Of a stretch of DNA of 64,000 nt, positions 34,195 through 44,566 are shown one piece after another. Under the pieces are notes generated by a model. The model did no database searches. It was not told the DNA's origin and saw only the letters and a list, made by a program, of their open reading frames with translations. Source of the stretch: Ignavibacteriota bacterium (lineage in GTDB: Bacteria > Bacteroidota > Ignavibacteria > UBA10030); the NCBI GenBank assembly GCA_963701295.1, contig OY969585.1, forward strand, positions 2,752,001 to 2,816,000. The letters are read 5' to 3'. Numbering within the stretch: the stretch's first letter is position 1; the number at the start of each line of letters is the position of its first letter. A program made the translations under genes and the position numbers.

Positions 34195-34749
34195 TTAACA
34201 AATTTTAATCGTTTCGCTGCATCTTTCTCCACCGAGTATAATTGTTTCATCTATTGTAACCTTGACTTTTTTCTCAAACAAGGTTCCAAAGAATTCTTGC
34301 ATAAAACTTTTACAACAATAGTTGCACAAAGATTTTGGGGGCTGTTGCCCCTGCGCATAAGCACAATCACATGGCACTTTTCTCCCGATCACTTTTATTA
34401 CCGACTTTTCAGAATCAGACTGAATATTTTCCCAGCGGCTGGATTTTCCATTGTTGACAAATTCGAGAAGACTGTCCAGATTCATACTTTTTATCCATTT
34501 CTCTGCGTTTGTACAATGGAAACATTCGTAACCGAGTTTACCGAATACTTTTTGTTTTATTGACTCATCCATGTCACCATCGACAAAACTTAAAAGTTTT
34601 GTAATTTGCTCACGGTTTTCATCTCTGACAGATTTGTTGATGTTTGTTTTGCTTACCTGGGCGTTGAGTTGTTTATCAGGAAGCGACAAGGATAAAAAGG
34701 AAAGTACACCACACGCTGAACATTTTCGAATAAATTCTTTTCTTTTCAT
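34195..34749 (-). CDS. Cys-rich hypothetical protein (DUF6144/V4R-like), Tat-like leader
   Basis: MKRKEFIRKC leader, GYECFHC, CDC, CNYCC and ETIILGGERC. RBS AGGGAG. Confidence 0.6.
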   Translation of the reverse strand: MKRKEFIRKCSACGVLSFLSLSLPDKQLNAQVSKTNINKSVRDENREQITKLLSFVDGDMDESIKQKVFGKLGYECFHCTNAEKWIKSMNLDSLLEFVNNGKSSRWENIQSDSEKSVIKVIGRKVPCDCAYAQGQQPPKSLCNYCCKSFMQEFFGTLFEKKVKVTIDETIILGGERCSETIKIC

Positions 34750-34859
34750 ACGATTCTCCCTTAGTTTTTATCAGATCGGACTATTTGTATGCGGATGTAT
34801 AATATACATTTCACCTGAATTTCTCATTTGAAAATATTGGGCTATCATAAGCACATTCA

Positions 34860-35873
34860 TCATTCTAAAAACTTTCTTATTAGACATTTTGCCTTGTAGT
34901 ACGTTACCTCACCTGCAATTGCAATGATAAGCTTATCATCAGGAATAACGATAACATACCCATAGTGGTTGCCATACCAACCTCTTGCAGCAAAGGCTGG
35001 TTTCAAGAATTCATTAATGATCCACCAATGTAAACCATAATTATCATCTTCTTCGTTTACATCAATTTGTTTCCTGGTTGCTTCATCAACCCAATTCTCC
35101 GGCACTATTTGCCTGTTTTCCCATTTGCCATGCTGAAGGTATAAATACCCTATTTTGGCAATATCCCTGAGTTTAAAATATGAACCCCATCCACCCGTTG
35201 TGATGCCTTGCGGACTCTTTCTTGTCCAATTGACTGAGTCGATCCCCAATGGTCTAAAAAGTTTATCTTTTGCATATTCTGATGTAAGCATTTTGGTTTG
35301 CTTTTGAATAATGGCTGACAGTAAAAAACTGCCTCCACTATTATAGTTAAAAACACTTCCTGGTTTTGATTTCATTTTTTTGCTTAAAATGCGGGATACC
35401 CAGTCAGATTTTAAATTATAAAGACTATCCAAGTCAATTTTATCGAGCCATGCCAATCCACTTGACATCGTCAATAAATGCTTGATTGTGATTTGCTTTT
35501 TCAATGAGTCTTTTTTATCGATTTCCGGAAAATAATCAATTAAGAGATCATCAATGCTCTTTATATAACCCTCAGAAATGGCTATTCCGATTAATGTGGA
35601 TGTAATACTTTTTGTAAACGAATGCATGTTGTGATAACAATCCTCAGGATATTTATCTGAATAGTGTTCAGAGATAATAAATCCGTTCTTGATGATGATA
35701 ACAGACCCATCATCATTTAGTGAGTCTACAAAGGAAGATAGAACCGTTTGGTTCAATCCCTGTTTTTCCGGATTTGATCTTTCCCAGCCGTTTGTAGGCC
35801 AATATTGAGCTTGGCCATTTACAAAATTGAGAAGAAAACATGAAATAAAAAGAAGAATAGTTTTTGTTTTCAT
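34860..35873 (-). CDS. Serine hydrolase, beta-lactamase class C / 6-aminohexanoate-dimer hydrolase-like
   Basis: SFTK (SxxK), HLLTMSSG, PGSVFNYNS (YxS), LFRPLGI and YGLHWW motifs; signal peptide. Confidence 0.88.
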   Translation of the reverse strand: MKTKTILLFISCFLLNFVNGQAQYWPTNGWERSNPEKQGLNQTVLSSFVDSLNDDGSVIIIKNGFIISEHYSDKYPEDCYHNMHSFTKSITSTLIGIAISEGYIKSIDDLLIDYFPEIDKKDSLKKQITIKHLLTMSSGLAWLDKIDLDSLYNLKSDWVSRILSKKMKSKPGSVFNYNSGGSFLLSAIIQKQTKMLTSEYAKDKLFRPLGIDSVNWTRKSPQGITTGGWGSYFKLRDIAKIGYLYLQHGKWENRQIVPENWVDEATRKQIDVNEEDDNYGLHWWIINEFLKPAFAARGWYGNHYGYVIVIPDDKLIIAIAGEVTYYKAKCLIRKFLE

Positions 35874-35996
35874 ATATTAAAAATTTTATGCTTTAGTTGT
35901 TGTCTTTATCATTTTTATACTTGAACTCAAATACTTTATTATTCTCTAATGACTTGATAATAAAAGTAGAGACATCTGAAATATTAGAAAAGACGA

Positions 35997-36079
35997 TCAT
36001 TGCGAGACGTTCTGTGCTGAAACAATCTCGATTTCTCTTCGATTCAAGGATAGAGCCTGCTTCGCTTTGCTCGCAATGA
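35997..36079. repeat. REP/RPE-like palindromic element (TCATTGCGAG...CTCGCAATGA)
   Basis: 10-bp terminal inverted repeats with internal CAATCTC and TGCTTCGCT segments, typical of the GTCATTGCGAG family of short mobile palindromes. Confidence 0.75.
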
Positions 36080-36094
36080 CATTTCATAAACATT

Positions 36095-38524
36095 TTATTC
36101 GGAATACAGCCCTACTTTCCATGTAACCTTTCCACCAAATGGATCTGTTTCCATTTGAAAGGCACCATCTTTTTTCAATAAGGTTATCTTATGCAGTACT
36201 TTATCCGACGGTAGGCAAACCAAACTATTGACTTTCTGTGAATCAATTGCATAGACGACAAGTTCCAATGTTGACCAATCCATCTGCATAGTAGATTGAG
36301 CAAGTGCAATGTGTGGTATAACAGAGCCATCTCGCACCAGAACTACAATAGGAGTTTTCCCTGCATCGATAGTATGCCAACCTTCAGAATATGCTATGCC
36401 TGTTTGATAGTCAATCCATTGGCCGGGCGGCAGATATACACTACGCCTCGTTAGATTCTCAAAGAGCGGTGCTACCAACATATCGGAGCCAAAAAGATAT
36501 TCATCATCTATCAACCAGGAACCTGGATCGTTGGGATATTCAATAAAAAGAGCACGCAACATCGGGAGACCGCGCTCTGTACAGTCTTTTGCCTGAGCAT
36601 ATATATACGGCATAAGTTTGTATCTCATTTCATCCGCGAGCCGGAATACATTCATAAAATCTTCTCCATATTCCCATGGTTCTGTCGGAGGTGTACCATG
36701 ACTTCGGACATGGGAAGTCAACATACCAAATGGAGTCCAGCGGCGATATATGTCTTCCGGTTTTTTATTGACAAAGCCAGCAATATCATGCGACCAGAAT
36801 GAAAACCCGCAAAGACCGATAGACAATCCAGCTCTCAGTGTGGCTGCCATGGCAGTATTGGTATTAGCAGGATCGCCGCCCCAATGCAGCGGATAACGTT
36901 GACTGCCTGCCCACGCACTGCGTCCCCAAATTATACTCTCTCCTGTGATTTGCTTGGTAATTTCCGCAACAGCTTTGTTGTATCGGAGCGGATACAAATT
37001 ATGCTCGTAAAATCCGGTTCGCCCCGAGAAATACAAACCATCTGGCGGTGCGGCTTCACCAAAATCTGCTTTGATGACACCAACACCCTGACGTAATAAT
37101 CCTGCAATTTTATCTTGATACCATTTTATTGTTGCAGGATTTGAAAAATCGAGAACAGCATCTTCATAGGGAAGGTTGCCTTTTCTATCTTTTACAAATA
37201 GATTTTTCTTGATAATCTCTGGTAATAAAGTATTCTTGGGAACAAAATAGGGCAGCTGCCATAAGCTGGTATGGAAACCATTTGTTTTGAAATCAGCCAT
37301 CATCTTCGCAGCATCTTTAAAACGGGTTTTAGAAAACTGGTAATCACATCTCCAGTCGGTTTCGAACCAACCCGTATCAAAATGAATTACATCACTTGGG
37401 ATCCGGTTATCCCTCAGCTTCTTTGTCACTTCACGTCCTTCCGTTTCTGAGAAATAAGTAATCCGGCTCATCCAAAAACCAAAGGACCACAACGGTGGCA
37501 TACTTGCTTTGCCGGTCAAATTGGTATATTCATTTAGAATATCTTTTGGTTCACCAAGAAAAATAAAAAGATCTGCTTCATCATCACCCATCATGAGGGA
37601 ATAATTGCCACTATAGTATTTGCCAAAATCACAGGTAATAGGAGATGATGTATGCATGAAAACGCCATACCCGCGGCTACTCATAAAAAATGGAATGGGC
37701 TTATACATCGATTCGTTTTGAACTCCGTTTGCATCATCTGTCCACAGCACAACCTTCTGACCTCTTTTGTTGAATTCCGTGAACGACTCGCCACATCCAA
37801 ATATTTTTTCATCGGGTGATAAAGAGAATACGGCTGCCATACTTGTGGAATAATCTGATGCTCGACGAACGAAAGAAAAAGGCAGCAGCGGCGTAAACGT
37901 TTCCGAACCGTCCGAGATATGAATGGTATGTGTAAGCAACTTTCCCCCGGCATCGCGTATTTCAATACGCCATGGAGATTCGAATATAGTTACCGACCCA
38001 TACGGACTTGCATAACGATGACCGTGATCTATTTTACTGTATTTCCAGGCACTATTATCTTGCGGTGCTTTTCCATTAACCAGCATCAGTGACTCTTGAT
38101 CCGGTTTAACCTGGAAGCGGGATTCGACTCGAATGCGCACAGTACGTGATGAAGTGAACTCAATAGAAAAAGGCAGAGCCGGTGAAGCAGCATATTCCTG
38201 CGTTGGAAATTCATTAGCCGCAACAGGCCTTAGCACTGCGAGCATATTATTAAACGCTTGGCGGGTGAAGTATTCATATCGTCGGTACGTGATTTCGCCC
38301 TTACCCGTTTTCGGATCGAACGTAGAAAGGCTATCTGCGACATAGTACGTATTTGAAAAATTTCTAAAATCGCCACTGATGTCAACAGGTTCATTCAGCA
38401 ATGCTTGATTCTTGTCTGGAGAATGCATTGGAATTTGAGCTGGCATAATACGGTAAAAAAATGCAATAGATAAGATCACAATAGAAGATCGTACCTGCAG
38501 AAAAAAAGTTTTCCTGATACTCAT
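36095..38524 (-). CDS. Glycoside hydrolase family 31, YicI-like alpha-xylosidase
   Basis: YKPIPFFMS, PPLWSFGFWMS, KADFGE (nucleophile), HWGGD and WSHDIAGF motifs. RBS GAGGAG. Confidence 0.9.
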   Translation of the reverse strand: MSIRKTFFLQVRSSIVILSIAFFYRIMPAQIPMHSPDKNQALLNEPVDISGDFRNFSNTYYVADSLSTFDPKTGKGEITYRRYEYFTRQAFNNMLAVLRPVAANEFPTQEYAASPALPFSIEFTSSRTVRIRVESRFQVKPDQESLMLVNGKAPQDNSAWKYSKIDHGHRYASPYGSVTIFESPWRIEIRDAGGKLLTHTIHISDGSETFTPLLPFSFVRRASDYSTSMAAVFSLSPDEKIFGCGESFTEFNKRGQKVVLWTDDANGVQNESMYKPIPFFMSSRGYGVFMHTSSPITCDFGKYYSGNYSLMMGDDEADLFIFLGEPKDILNEYTNLTGKASMPPLWSFGFWMSRITYFSETEGREVTKKLRDNRIPSDVIHFDTGWFETDWRCDYQFSKTRFKDAAKMMADFKTNGFHTSLWQLPYFVPKNTLLPEIIKKNLFVKDRKGNLPYEDAVLDFSNPATIKWYQDKIAGLLRQGVGVIKADFGEAAPPDGLYFSGRTGFYEHNLYPLRYNKAVAEITKQITGESIIWGRSAWAGSQRYPLHWGGDPANTNTAMAATLRAGLSIGLCGFSFWSHDIAGFVNKKPEDIYRRWTPFGMLTSHVRSHGTPPTEPWEYGEDFMNVFRLADEMRYKLMPYIYAQAKDCTERGLPMLRALFIEYPNDPGSWLIDDEYLFGSDMLVAPLFENLTRRSVYLPPGQWIDYQTGIAYSEGWHTIDAGKTPIVVLVRDGSVIPHIALAQSTMQMDWSTLELVVYAIDSQKVNSLVCLPSDKVLHKITLLKKDGAFQMETDPFGGKVTWKVGLYSE

Positions 38525-38739
38525 AATGTCTCCTCACTTTTTTAAAATTACAGCGATTGCAAAATTATTTACATTGATTGATATAGAGATTTTTTCTACA
38601 TGCTTATCTTATAATCTGTAAACTAAAAACTTAATCTGGATCAGTACTTATATGTAATTTATCTTGATTCAGTATCCTTACAGAAATATGAATTTGTTTT
38701 CTTCCTCTGATTAAAGCTGGCCATCACTTGTATTAGGGC

Positions 38740-40482
38740 TCATCTTTGATGTATACAAACTTGTACGGCGCCGGGATACCCCGGTACAACACTCATCAAT
38801 TCCATAGGATTATTGCATTGCAATTGTCTTACTGCACGAAAAGTAACACCGGCATTATGAAGCCGCTCGCCGAAGGGTTCGCGGAAATATTGGAAGTTGA
38901 CCTCAACTTCACCGCTTTGCCGCAACAATGCCATTTGCTTATTGGTCGTGCGTGTGGCTTCGATCTCCCACTGGAAATGGGCTATGGTTACCATAGCTGC
39001 ATTGACCAGCAGGATGGCAGCAAGTCCGTACGCCGCCCGATGAGCTGCACGCCAGCCGGGGATTGTAAAGATCGCAATGATAGCAACAATGGGCAGCCAC
39101 CAAAGTTGCGGGCCATACCGTGCCCACCAAGTGTGGTTACTTATGAGCACTGACAGAACAATCGTAGCTGCGAGTAGGATAAAAATTTCACGCGGCAATC
39201 CTTTTCGGACAATTGCAATTCCGAGTAGCAACAGGCCGATGAAAAACGCGCCACTGAAGAATGGGCCAAAACCCGAAATGCGCACCTCATGGAAACGGAA
39301 GACACTGAAATCGTTCCAGCGTACATTGAATGGCCACATAAGACATGCATTCTCCCCGTTAAAAAAAGTCTGTGGCCCGGGATGGCCGAAAACTGCGTAT
39401 GCAAACCGGACAAAACGGCTGCGACCAACCATATTATGGGGCGTCTCATACATCTCGATCGGGTCTTGTCTTCTTTGGCTTAAGCTGGGATAAGCAGTAG
39501 TACCAAGCATCGGGTAAAAGGGATGGCCTCGATGAATAGTATTGGTCACATACGGATTAAAGCCAAAGACTATCGTACCAACCACTAAGAATGTAATCTG
39601 GATAACTGCATATCTCCACAACAGATCGCGCCGCCTCATAAGAATATATAATTCCCCAGCGACGATTAAGAAACAAATATATATAAGCCCTGTCAACTTA
39701 GTGTTAATGCAAAGAATCGCGGAACTCATTGCAATAATAAGAGCCAGCAGACTTGGCTTTCGGAACCAGCTGACCATCGCTGCAATAAAACAAGCCAGAA
39801 ACGAGACCAGGAGGCCATCGACAAGATACGATGCCAACTGGCACGTCACAACAGGATTGAGAGATACAAGCGCAGCGATGAGTGCCGCTTTGCCTCGACT
39901 CATCTCGAAGTCAATCAAAGCAGCAAACAAAGCAAAATATGTCGCCACTAATGCTAACCACGGAGCAGCTTTTGCCATTTCAATATCATGTGTCGTTTCA
40001 AACAGAGTTAATGCTAAATACCATGGCCCTTTAGCGTAATAGCGTAACCAATCCTGAAGATGAGGAACAAAGTTATGCAATGGATCATAGATTGGATTCC
40101 ATCCGTGTGACATTTGATAGACAGCGGTCTGATGGTACCACAAGCCATCCCAGGACATGTCGAAAAAAGCTCTCGCTAGAAACAAAGCTATGGCTACGAC
40201 AACAACCACTATGACGGGTATTGTAATTCGTTCCAGATCGCGTATGCCTTCACGTCGAGCAAACCAGTCGCCTGCGGCCAGTGAAAGGAGCAACGCAGTC
40301 GGCACCACGAAGGGTGAAGTGCGCCAACCAACACTGAAGCAGAACATAACGATAAGATGTGTTAGACAGAAAAAGGACAGTAAGATCGCCGTGACAGACC
40401 AGCAGAGCGTTGACAGATGACTATTAGGATTTGGCGTATTAATGTTCTTGTTCATGAATATTTCTATGTCCATAGACTCCAC
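38740..40482 (-). CDS. Multi-pass membrane protein, GT-C glycosyltransferase-like
   Basis: About 12-13 hydrophobic segments, WDGLWYH in the first large loop, YLVDG, NTKLTG, GHPFYP and WWARY. Confidence 0.55.
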   Translation of the reverse strand: MESMDIEIFMNKNINTPNPNSHLSTLCWSVTAILLSFFCLTHLIVMFCFSVGWRTSPFVVPTALLLSLAAGDWFARREGIRDLERITIPVIVVVVVAIALFLARAFFDMSWDGLWYHQTAVYQMSHGWNPIYDPLHNFVPHLQDWLRYYAKGPWYLALTLFETTHDIEMAKAAPWLALVATYFALFAALIDFEMSRGKAALIAALVSLNPVVTCQLASYLVDGLLVSFLACFIAAMVSWFRKPSLLALIIAMSSAILCINTKLTGLIYICFLIVAGELYILMRRRDLLWRYAVIQITFLVVGTIVFGFNPYVTNTIHRGHPFYPMLGTTAYPSLSQRRQDPIEMYETPHNMVGRSRFVRFAYAVFGHPGPQTFFNGENACLMWPFNVRWNDFSVFRFHEVRISGFGPFFSGAFFIGLLLLGIAIVRKGLPREIFILLAATIVLSVLISNHTWWARYGPQLWWLPIVAIIAIFTIPGWRAAHRAAYGLAAILLVNAAMVTIAHFQWEIEATRTTNKQMALLRQSGEVEVNFQYFREPFGERLHNAGVTFRAVRQLQCNNPMELMSVVPGYPGAVQVCIHQR

Positions 40483-40545
40483 TGCCTCTTTTTACTTAAT
40501 AGTGTTTTCATAGTTGTTCTAATTCAAAACTGATATCTATAAAAA

Positions 40546-40562
40546 CTGGGGCCGCGCCCCAG
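40546..40562 (-). terminator. Intrinsic terminator after the GH35-like gene
   Basis: CTGGGGC-GCG-GCCCCAG followed by TTTTT on the minus strand. Confidence 0.75.
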
Positions 40563-40583
40563 CATTTGTTTGTACAATAACAA

Positions 40584-42344
40584 CTATTTATATCTATAAA
40601 GTGAAATTTTTTGAATGCTGATCTGATTACTTGGAAGTTTCACGCCAGTACCGGACGATGTGCTCGCATGAACTTCGTCTCCGTTTAGTCTTCTTTCAGA
40701 AACCAATTTTCCATCCTTAAAAGTCAATTCATCAACTGCATTAACCGCAACACGCAATGAACCTACCTGTCCGGCAGGAAGGTCATCTTTAGGATTAAAG
40801 AAGACATCAAGTGCCCTGCCGGCGACAATATATTCCTGTGGACCAACGTTAATAATAAGACCACCCGCTATGTCTGTATTTTCTCTTCCTCCAAGTTTGG
40901 CTTCAATCTTATAATCTCCTAATTCAAATTGTTGGATGGGTAATAACGTATCAACGAGAATTCCTCTCATAGTTCCCATGCCCTGGTGTTCAAGAATAAT
41001 GGAAGACATATTTTGCAGTACTGCATAAGCTTTATCTAACGGATCGTTTTCCACATTGCGAGTGTCATCGATTCCGAAGGGAGAAAAACATCCTGCGTTG
41101 TGTTCACCGAAAACATAAAATGCCCTGGCGGCACCAATATCTCCGCCCCGGGTTTCTGGTATGAACAAGGGATTTCCGCTTCTCGTGTATTCCTGACATG
41201 CCCAGTTGAAATCATCCATATAAATATCGGGAGCCATGAAATCAATGGAAGGAGCGGCAGCCCGCCATATATCCAGTACCTGTGGCAAAGGCCCTCCTGA
41301 AGGATATCTTCCGGGCCAGTAGCTAAACGGTTGTTTGAGCCATGCATTCACATACATAGGTATCGGGTATTCTTTCTTTCCGGCCGCTGTTACTTTTTCA
41401 ACATATCGGGCATAATTCCATGCCGAAAAAAGTTCTTCCGTATAATAGGAATAAAATTTCCAATCTTTCATTTCGCGTCTGAATTCACTTTTACCGAAAA
41501 TCTCTTCCCACGATCCGGTAGTTTTGAAACCATTTGCCTTCCATACTTTATGCAACTCGGGGAATAAGCTTTCTTTATGTTCCATCAGATAGTTCAGCAA
41601 CTCTTTAGGAACGGGACCATTGTATGCTGTATTGGCCTGATCGCAGAAATCTCTCCTTGCGTTGCCTGGATTTTCTGAAACCTCTTTGCCCCATGGATCT
41701 CTTCCCAGATTATCAAGTACGCCCACTTCATTTTCAACCTGCATCATGACAACCGTCTGTTGTTTAGAATCTACTTCTTTGATATGGCGCATCAGTGCTG
41801 CAAATGCTTTGGCATCTGCTTCGCAGGAAGCGTCTCCGAGTGTTGATAAGATTTCCAGAGATTTCCCGAGCTCGTCCTTTGCACGCGGATATTTCCCATA
41901 ATTTTTTTTCACCCAGGAAGGAATGTAGACAGAACTTGCGTTCTTCCAACTGGCGAACCAGATGAGTACTAATTTAAGATTTTCTTCTCTCGCACCTGCA
42001 ATTATGCTATCCACCAATATAAAATTAAATTGCCCTTCTTCCGGTTCAACGAGTTCCCATGAAACCGTAGCAATGACTGAATTAAGATTCTTCTTTGCCA
42101 ATCTTTTCCATACTGGCCTCATATAATCAAATCCTCCGCAGGTAGAATTATGCAGTTCACCGGATAGAAGAAGGAAAGGCTTGCCCCCAACAATAAGTTG
42201 GGTTGCTGTACCTTGCTTTTTCAAAAGCGGAATTTGTGTTGAATAGGTTTGCGATTCTTGATTTGAAAGATTATTCCCGGTTTGACTGAAACTAGAGACC
42301 GCGAATACGAAACACATAGCAAAAACAATTCGGCAGAAATTCAT
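40584..42344 (-). CDS. Second GH35-like beta-galactosidase with DUF5597
   Basis: GELHNS, WFASWKN, MQVENE, MAPDIY, LFIPET and RRLNGDE motifs. RBS GGAGG precedes ATG 42344. Confidence 0.88.
   Translation of the reverse strand: MNFCRIVFAMCFVFAVSSFSQTGNNLSNQESQTYSTQIPLLKKQGTATQLIVGGKPFLLLSGELHNSTCGGFDYMRPVWKRLAKKNLNSVIATVSWELVEPEEGQFNFILVDSIIAGAREENLKLVLIWFASWKNASSVYIPSWVKKNYGKYPRAKDELGKSLEILSTLGDASCEADAKAFAALMRHIKEVDSKQQTVVMMQVENEVGVLDNLGRDPWGKEVSENPGNARRDFCDQANTAYNGPVPKELLNYLMEHKESLFPELHKVWKANGFKTTGSWEEIFGKSEFRREMKDWKFYSYYTEELFSAWNYARYVEKVTAAGKKEYPIPMYVNAWLKQPFSYWPGRYPSGGPLPQVLDIWRAAAPSIDFMAPDIYMDDFNWACQEYTRSGNPLFIPETRGGDIGAARAFYVFGEHNAGCFSPFGIDDTRNVENDPLDKAYAVLQNMSSIILEHQGMGTMRGILVDTLLPIQQFELGDYKIEAKLGGRENTDIAGGLIINVGPQEYIVAGRALDVFFNPKDDLPAGQVGSLRVAVNAVDELTFKDGKLVSERRLNGDEVHASTSSGTGVKLPSNQISIQKISLYRYK
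40761..40783. repeat. Short palindromic repeat (CCTGCCTGCCGGCAGGCAGG-like) inserted in frame in a CDS
   Basis: ACCTACCTGTCCGGCAGGAAGGT is an imperfect palindrome, translated on the minus strand as DLPAGQVG. Confidence 0.6.
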
Positions 42345-42534
42345 GGTATGTACCTCCAATTAGTAATTCACGCTAGGCATGAACTGAAAAACAATAATCG
42401 TCAGTGCTCAATTCTAAAGAGCTTTGCTATACATCAGATGGAAACAGGACATTATCTACTTATGATACAGTTTGGAATGTTCAACATTCTGTTTTTTTTC
42501 AATCTCGAAGAAAAAATGACCACGAGGGACCCTC

Positions 42535-44313
42535 TCAGTGTTGTATATGTGATGGGGAAGTCTTTGTTGTATTCTTATCAGTCGGCGCTTCTTGCTTTCC
42601 TGTTTCCATTTTTTTTCCATAATCCAACCATTTATAGGTTGTCAGTTGAGGAAAACCCGGGATAAAAACAGGAAATGGAACATTGTTCTCAAGAACAAAC
42701 ACATCAATACTTGTTAATTTGATATTGTTAAACTTGTCTACATTGATTTCTGTACCATCACTGTACTTTCGACGCAATGAATCTACGTATGGATCCAAAT
42801 ATTTCGTGATGATATCCATTTGTCCATTATCATTTACACCTATTGATTTTAAATAGGCATATCTTTGCCAGAGGCTGAGAATTGCATCTTGCCACATTTC
42901 TGTGTAATGCACTACTGTTGGATATCGATCGAAGCCACGATTGTACGCTTCCTGTGTCAGATATCTATCACGCACCATATCAACTATAGCCAGCATAAGC
43001 TGTTTGGCAATATTACGCTTATGCAGATTTTTATTTCGGAAAATAAGAGGATGACGCTCTATTTCCTTAATAACATCATCCACTGTCCATATTTTCCCAT
43101 CTATGGTAAGAAGAGGTGAATCATGGAGTGCTTTGAGATTACGTTCAATATCATTGGAATCTGGGTTTTCCTGAGGATACATTTTAAATGTCTCGCTAAG
43201 CATTGTTTCTTCTTTTTCTTTTTTTGATACGAGATAATGAGGTGCAATGATGTCTACAAATTTCTTGAATGCGTTTGGTTCGAATTGCAACGTTTTTCCT
43301 TGCATTAAACGCATAATAAAGTGATCATAATGATTATCGGCTTGTTCGCGAGTCAATTCTTGATTGACATCATCCCAACGATTGGAAATTTGTTTTTCTG
43401 AGGCAGCCACATGGTCGGTCCATCCCTTCACGCGTATAAAAAGATTGCTCTCGTCATTCACCTGCACTGGCCCTAGGACTTGATTTACCGCAGGATGATT
43501 CTCAAACAAGGCTTTACAGACTTCCTTGTTTTCCTTTGACATCCAATTGATATCTCTCTGCGGAAGACTATCCCGCCCTGATACTGCACGGTATATATCG
43601 GTGAAAGATGCTGCTGAAGTATCAAGAATTTGTTTGACTACTGCTGCTGCAGAATCATTTGGAATGGTAAAGAATTCAATATGGTAAGTCCTACCTGCAT
43701 TTTCGTACGCTCTTTTGAGCATTGTTGTATCTAACGTTACTTTTGCAGTTCCTTCGGCATAATACATTACATTACGCATAAGTTGTTCTTTTCGCCCCTG
43801 AAGCATTCTTTGAAAGGATTCATTTTCCATGAGTTCGTTATCTTTTTTTGCTTCGAGAACTAACATTTTTTCAGCAAGTAAAGAGTTCAATATAATTTTA
43901 TTTTCCAAGCCGCCATTCCCTTTGCAATAGGTTGGACGGATAGTGTATTCGGCTCGGCGGATGAATTCATCAACAAGAATTGTCTTGCCGCCGATTCTTG
44001 CGAGTACTCTACTGGTATCCACGATGGGAAGGTCAAGTAAGGTTACTTTATTGTTCTTCTTTAAAGTTGGCTTTTTGCTGGATATCAGACTTTCTTTATT
44101 TATTCTAATGCTATCCTGTTTCACATATTGACAGAGACTAATTTGGTTTTGAGACGTCGACTGTGCAGATCGAAGCACTAGAACATTTTGCGATCTACCC
44201 TGAGTAGTCATTGTGAGAAGCAACAACACTGTACAAGGATGGAAAACACCTCTAAATTTATCTGACAGCATATACGTAAAAATCTCCAAAAAGAAAGCTA
44301 TGCCCACATTCAA
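42535..44313 (-). CDS. SurA/PrsA-like peptidyl-prolyl isomerase/chaperone-domain protein
   Basis: VLARIGGKTILVDEFIRR...LNSLLAEKMLVLEA, a degenerate parvulin-like middle (KALFE...QVLGPV), and a second LTIDGKIWTVDD repeat. Start codon uncertain. Confidence 0.6.
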   Translation of the reverse strand: MNVGIAFFLEIFTYMLSDKFRGVFHPCTVLLLLTMTTQGRSQNVLVLRSAQSTSQNQISLCQYVKQDSIRINKESLISSKKPTLKKNNKVTLLDLPIVDTSRVLARIGGKTILVDEFIRRAEYTIRPTYCKGNGGLENKIILNSLLAEKMLVLEAKKDNELMENESFQRMLQGRKEQLMRNVMYYAEGTAKVTLDTTMLKRAYENAGRTYHIEFFTIPNDSAAAVVKQILDTSAASFTDIYRAVSGRDSLPQRDINWMSKENKEVCKALFENHPAVNQVLGPVQVNDESNLFIRVKGWTDHVAASEKQISNRWDDVNQELTREQADNHYDHFIMRLMQGKTLQFEPNAFKKFVDIIAPHYLVSKKEKEETMLSETFKMYPQENPDSNDIERNLKALHDSPLLTIDGKIWTVDDVIKEIERHPLIFRNKNLHKRNIAKQLMLAIVDMVRDRYLTQEAYNRGFDRYPTVVHYTEMWQDAILSLWQRYAYLKSIGVNDNGQMDIITKYLDPYVDSLRRKYSDGTEINVDKFNNIKLTSIDVFVLENNVPFPVFIPGFPQLTTYKWLDYGKKMETGKQEAPTDKNTTKTSPSHIQH

Positions 44314-44566
44314 TAGAGTGTTCTATGAAATAGCTCTCTACATGTTGCATAAAAGCTCCAGTGATATCGCATAGCGACAGCAGCGAGCGAATTGTATTTT
44401 CTCAATGCAGCCTCAGAAAATCAATATACCGAAGATAAGTGGCTATAGAGCTTTTTCTATCATCTCACAATTTATAAGGTCAATAGCCACTATCGCTTCT
44501 TTGTTTGTCGGATGCATAAGTTTTTTAGTTTTTATATCTTAGCATTAATCTCTTTCGATCAGATGT

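Noticed and set aside
35893-36093. Small ORFs spanning the REP-like palindrome (CHCEQSEA...)
   Set aside because: These are translations of the repeat itself, not credible genes.
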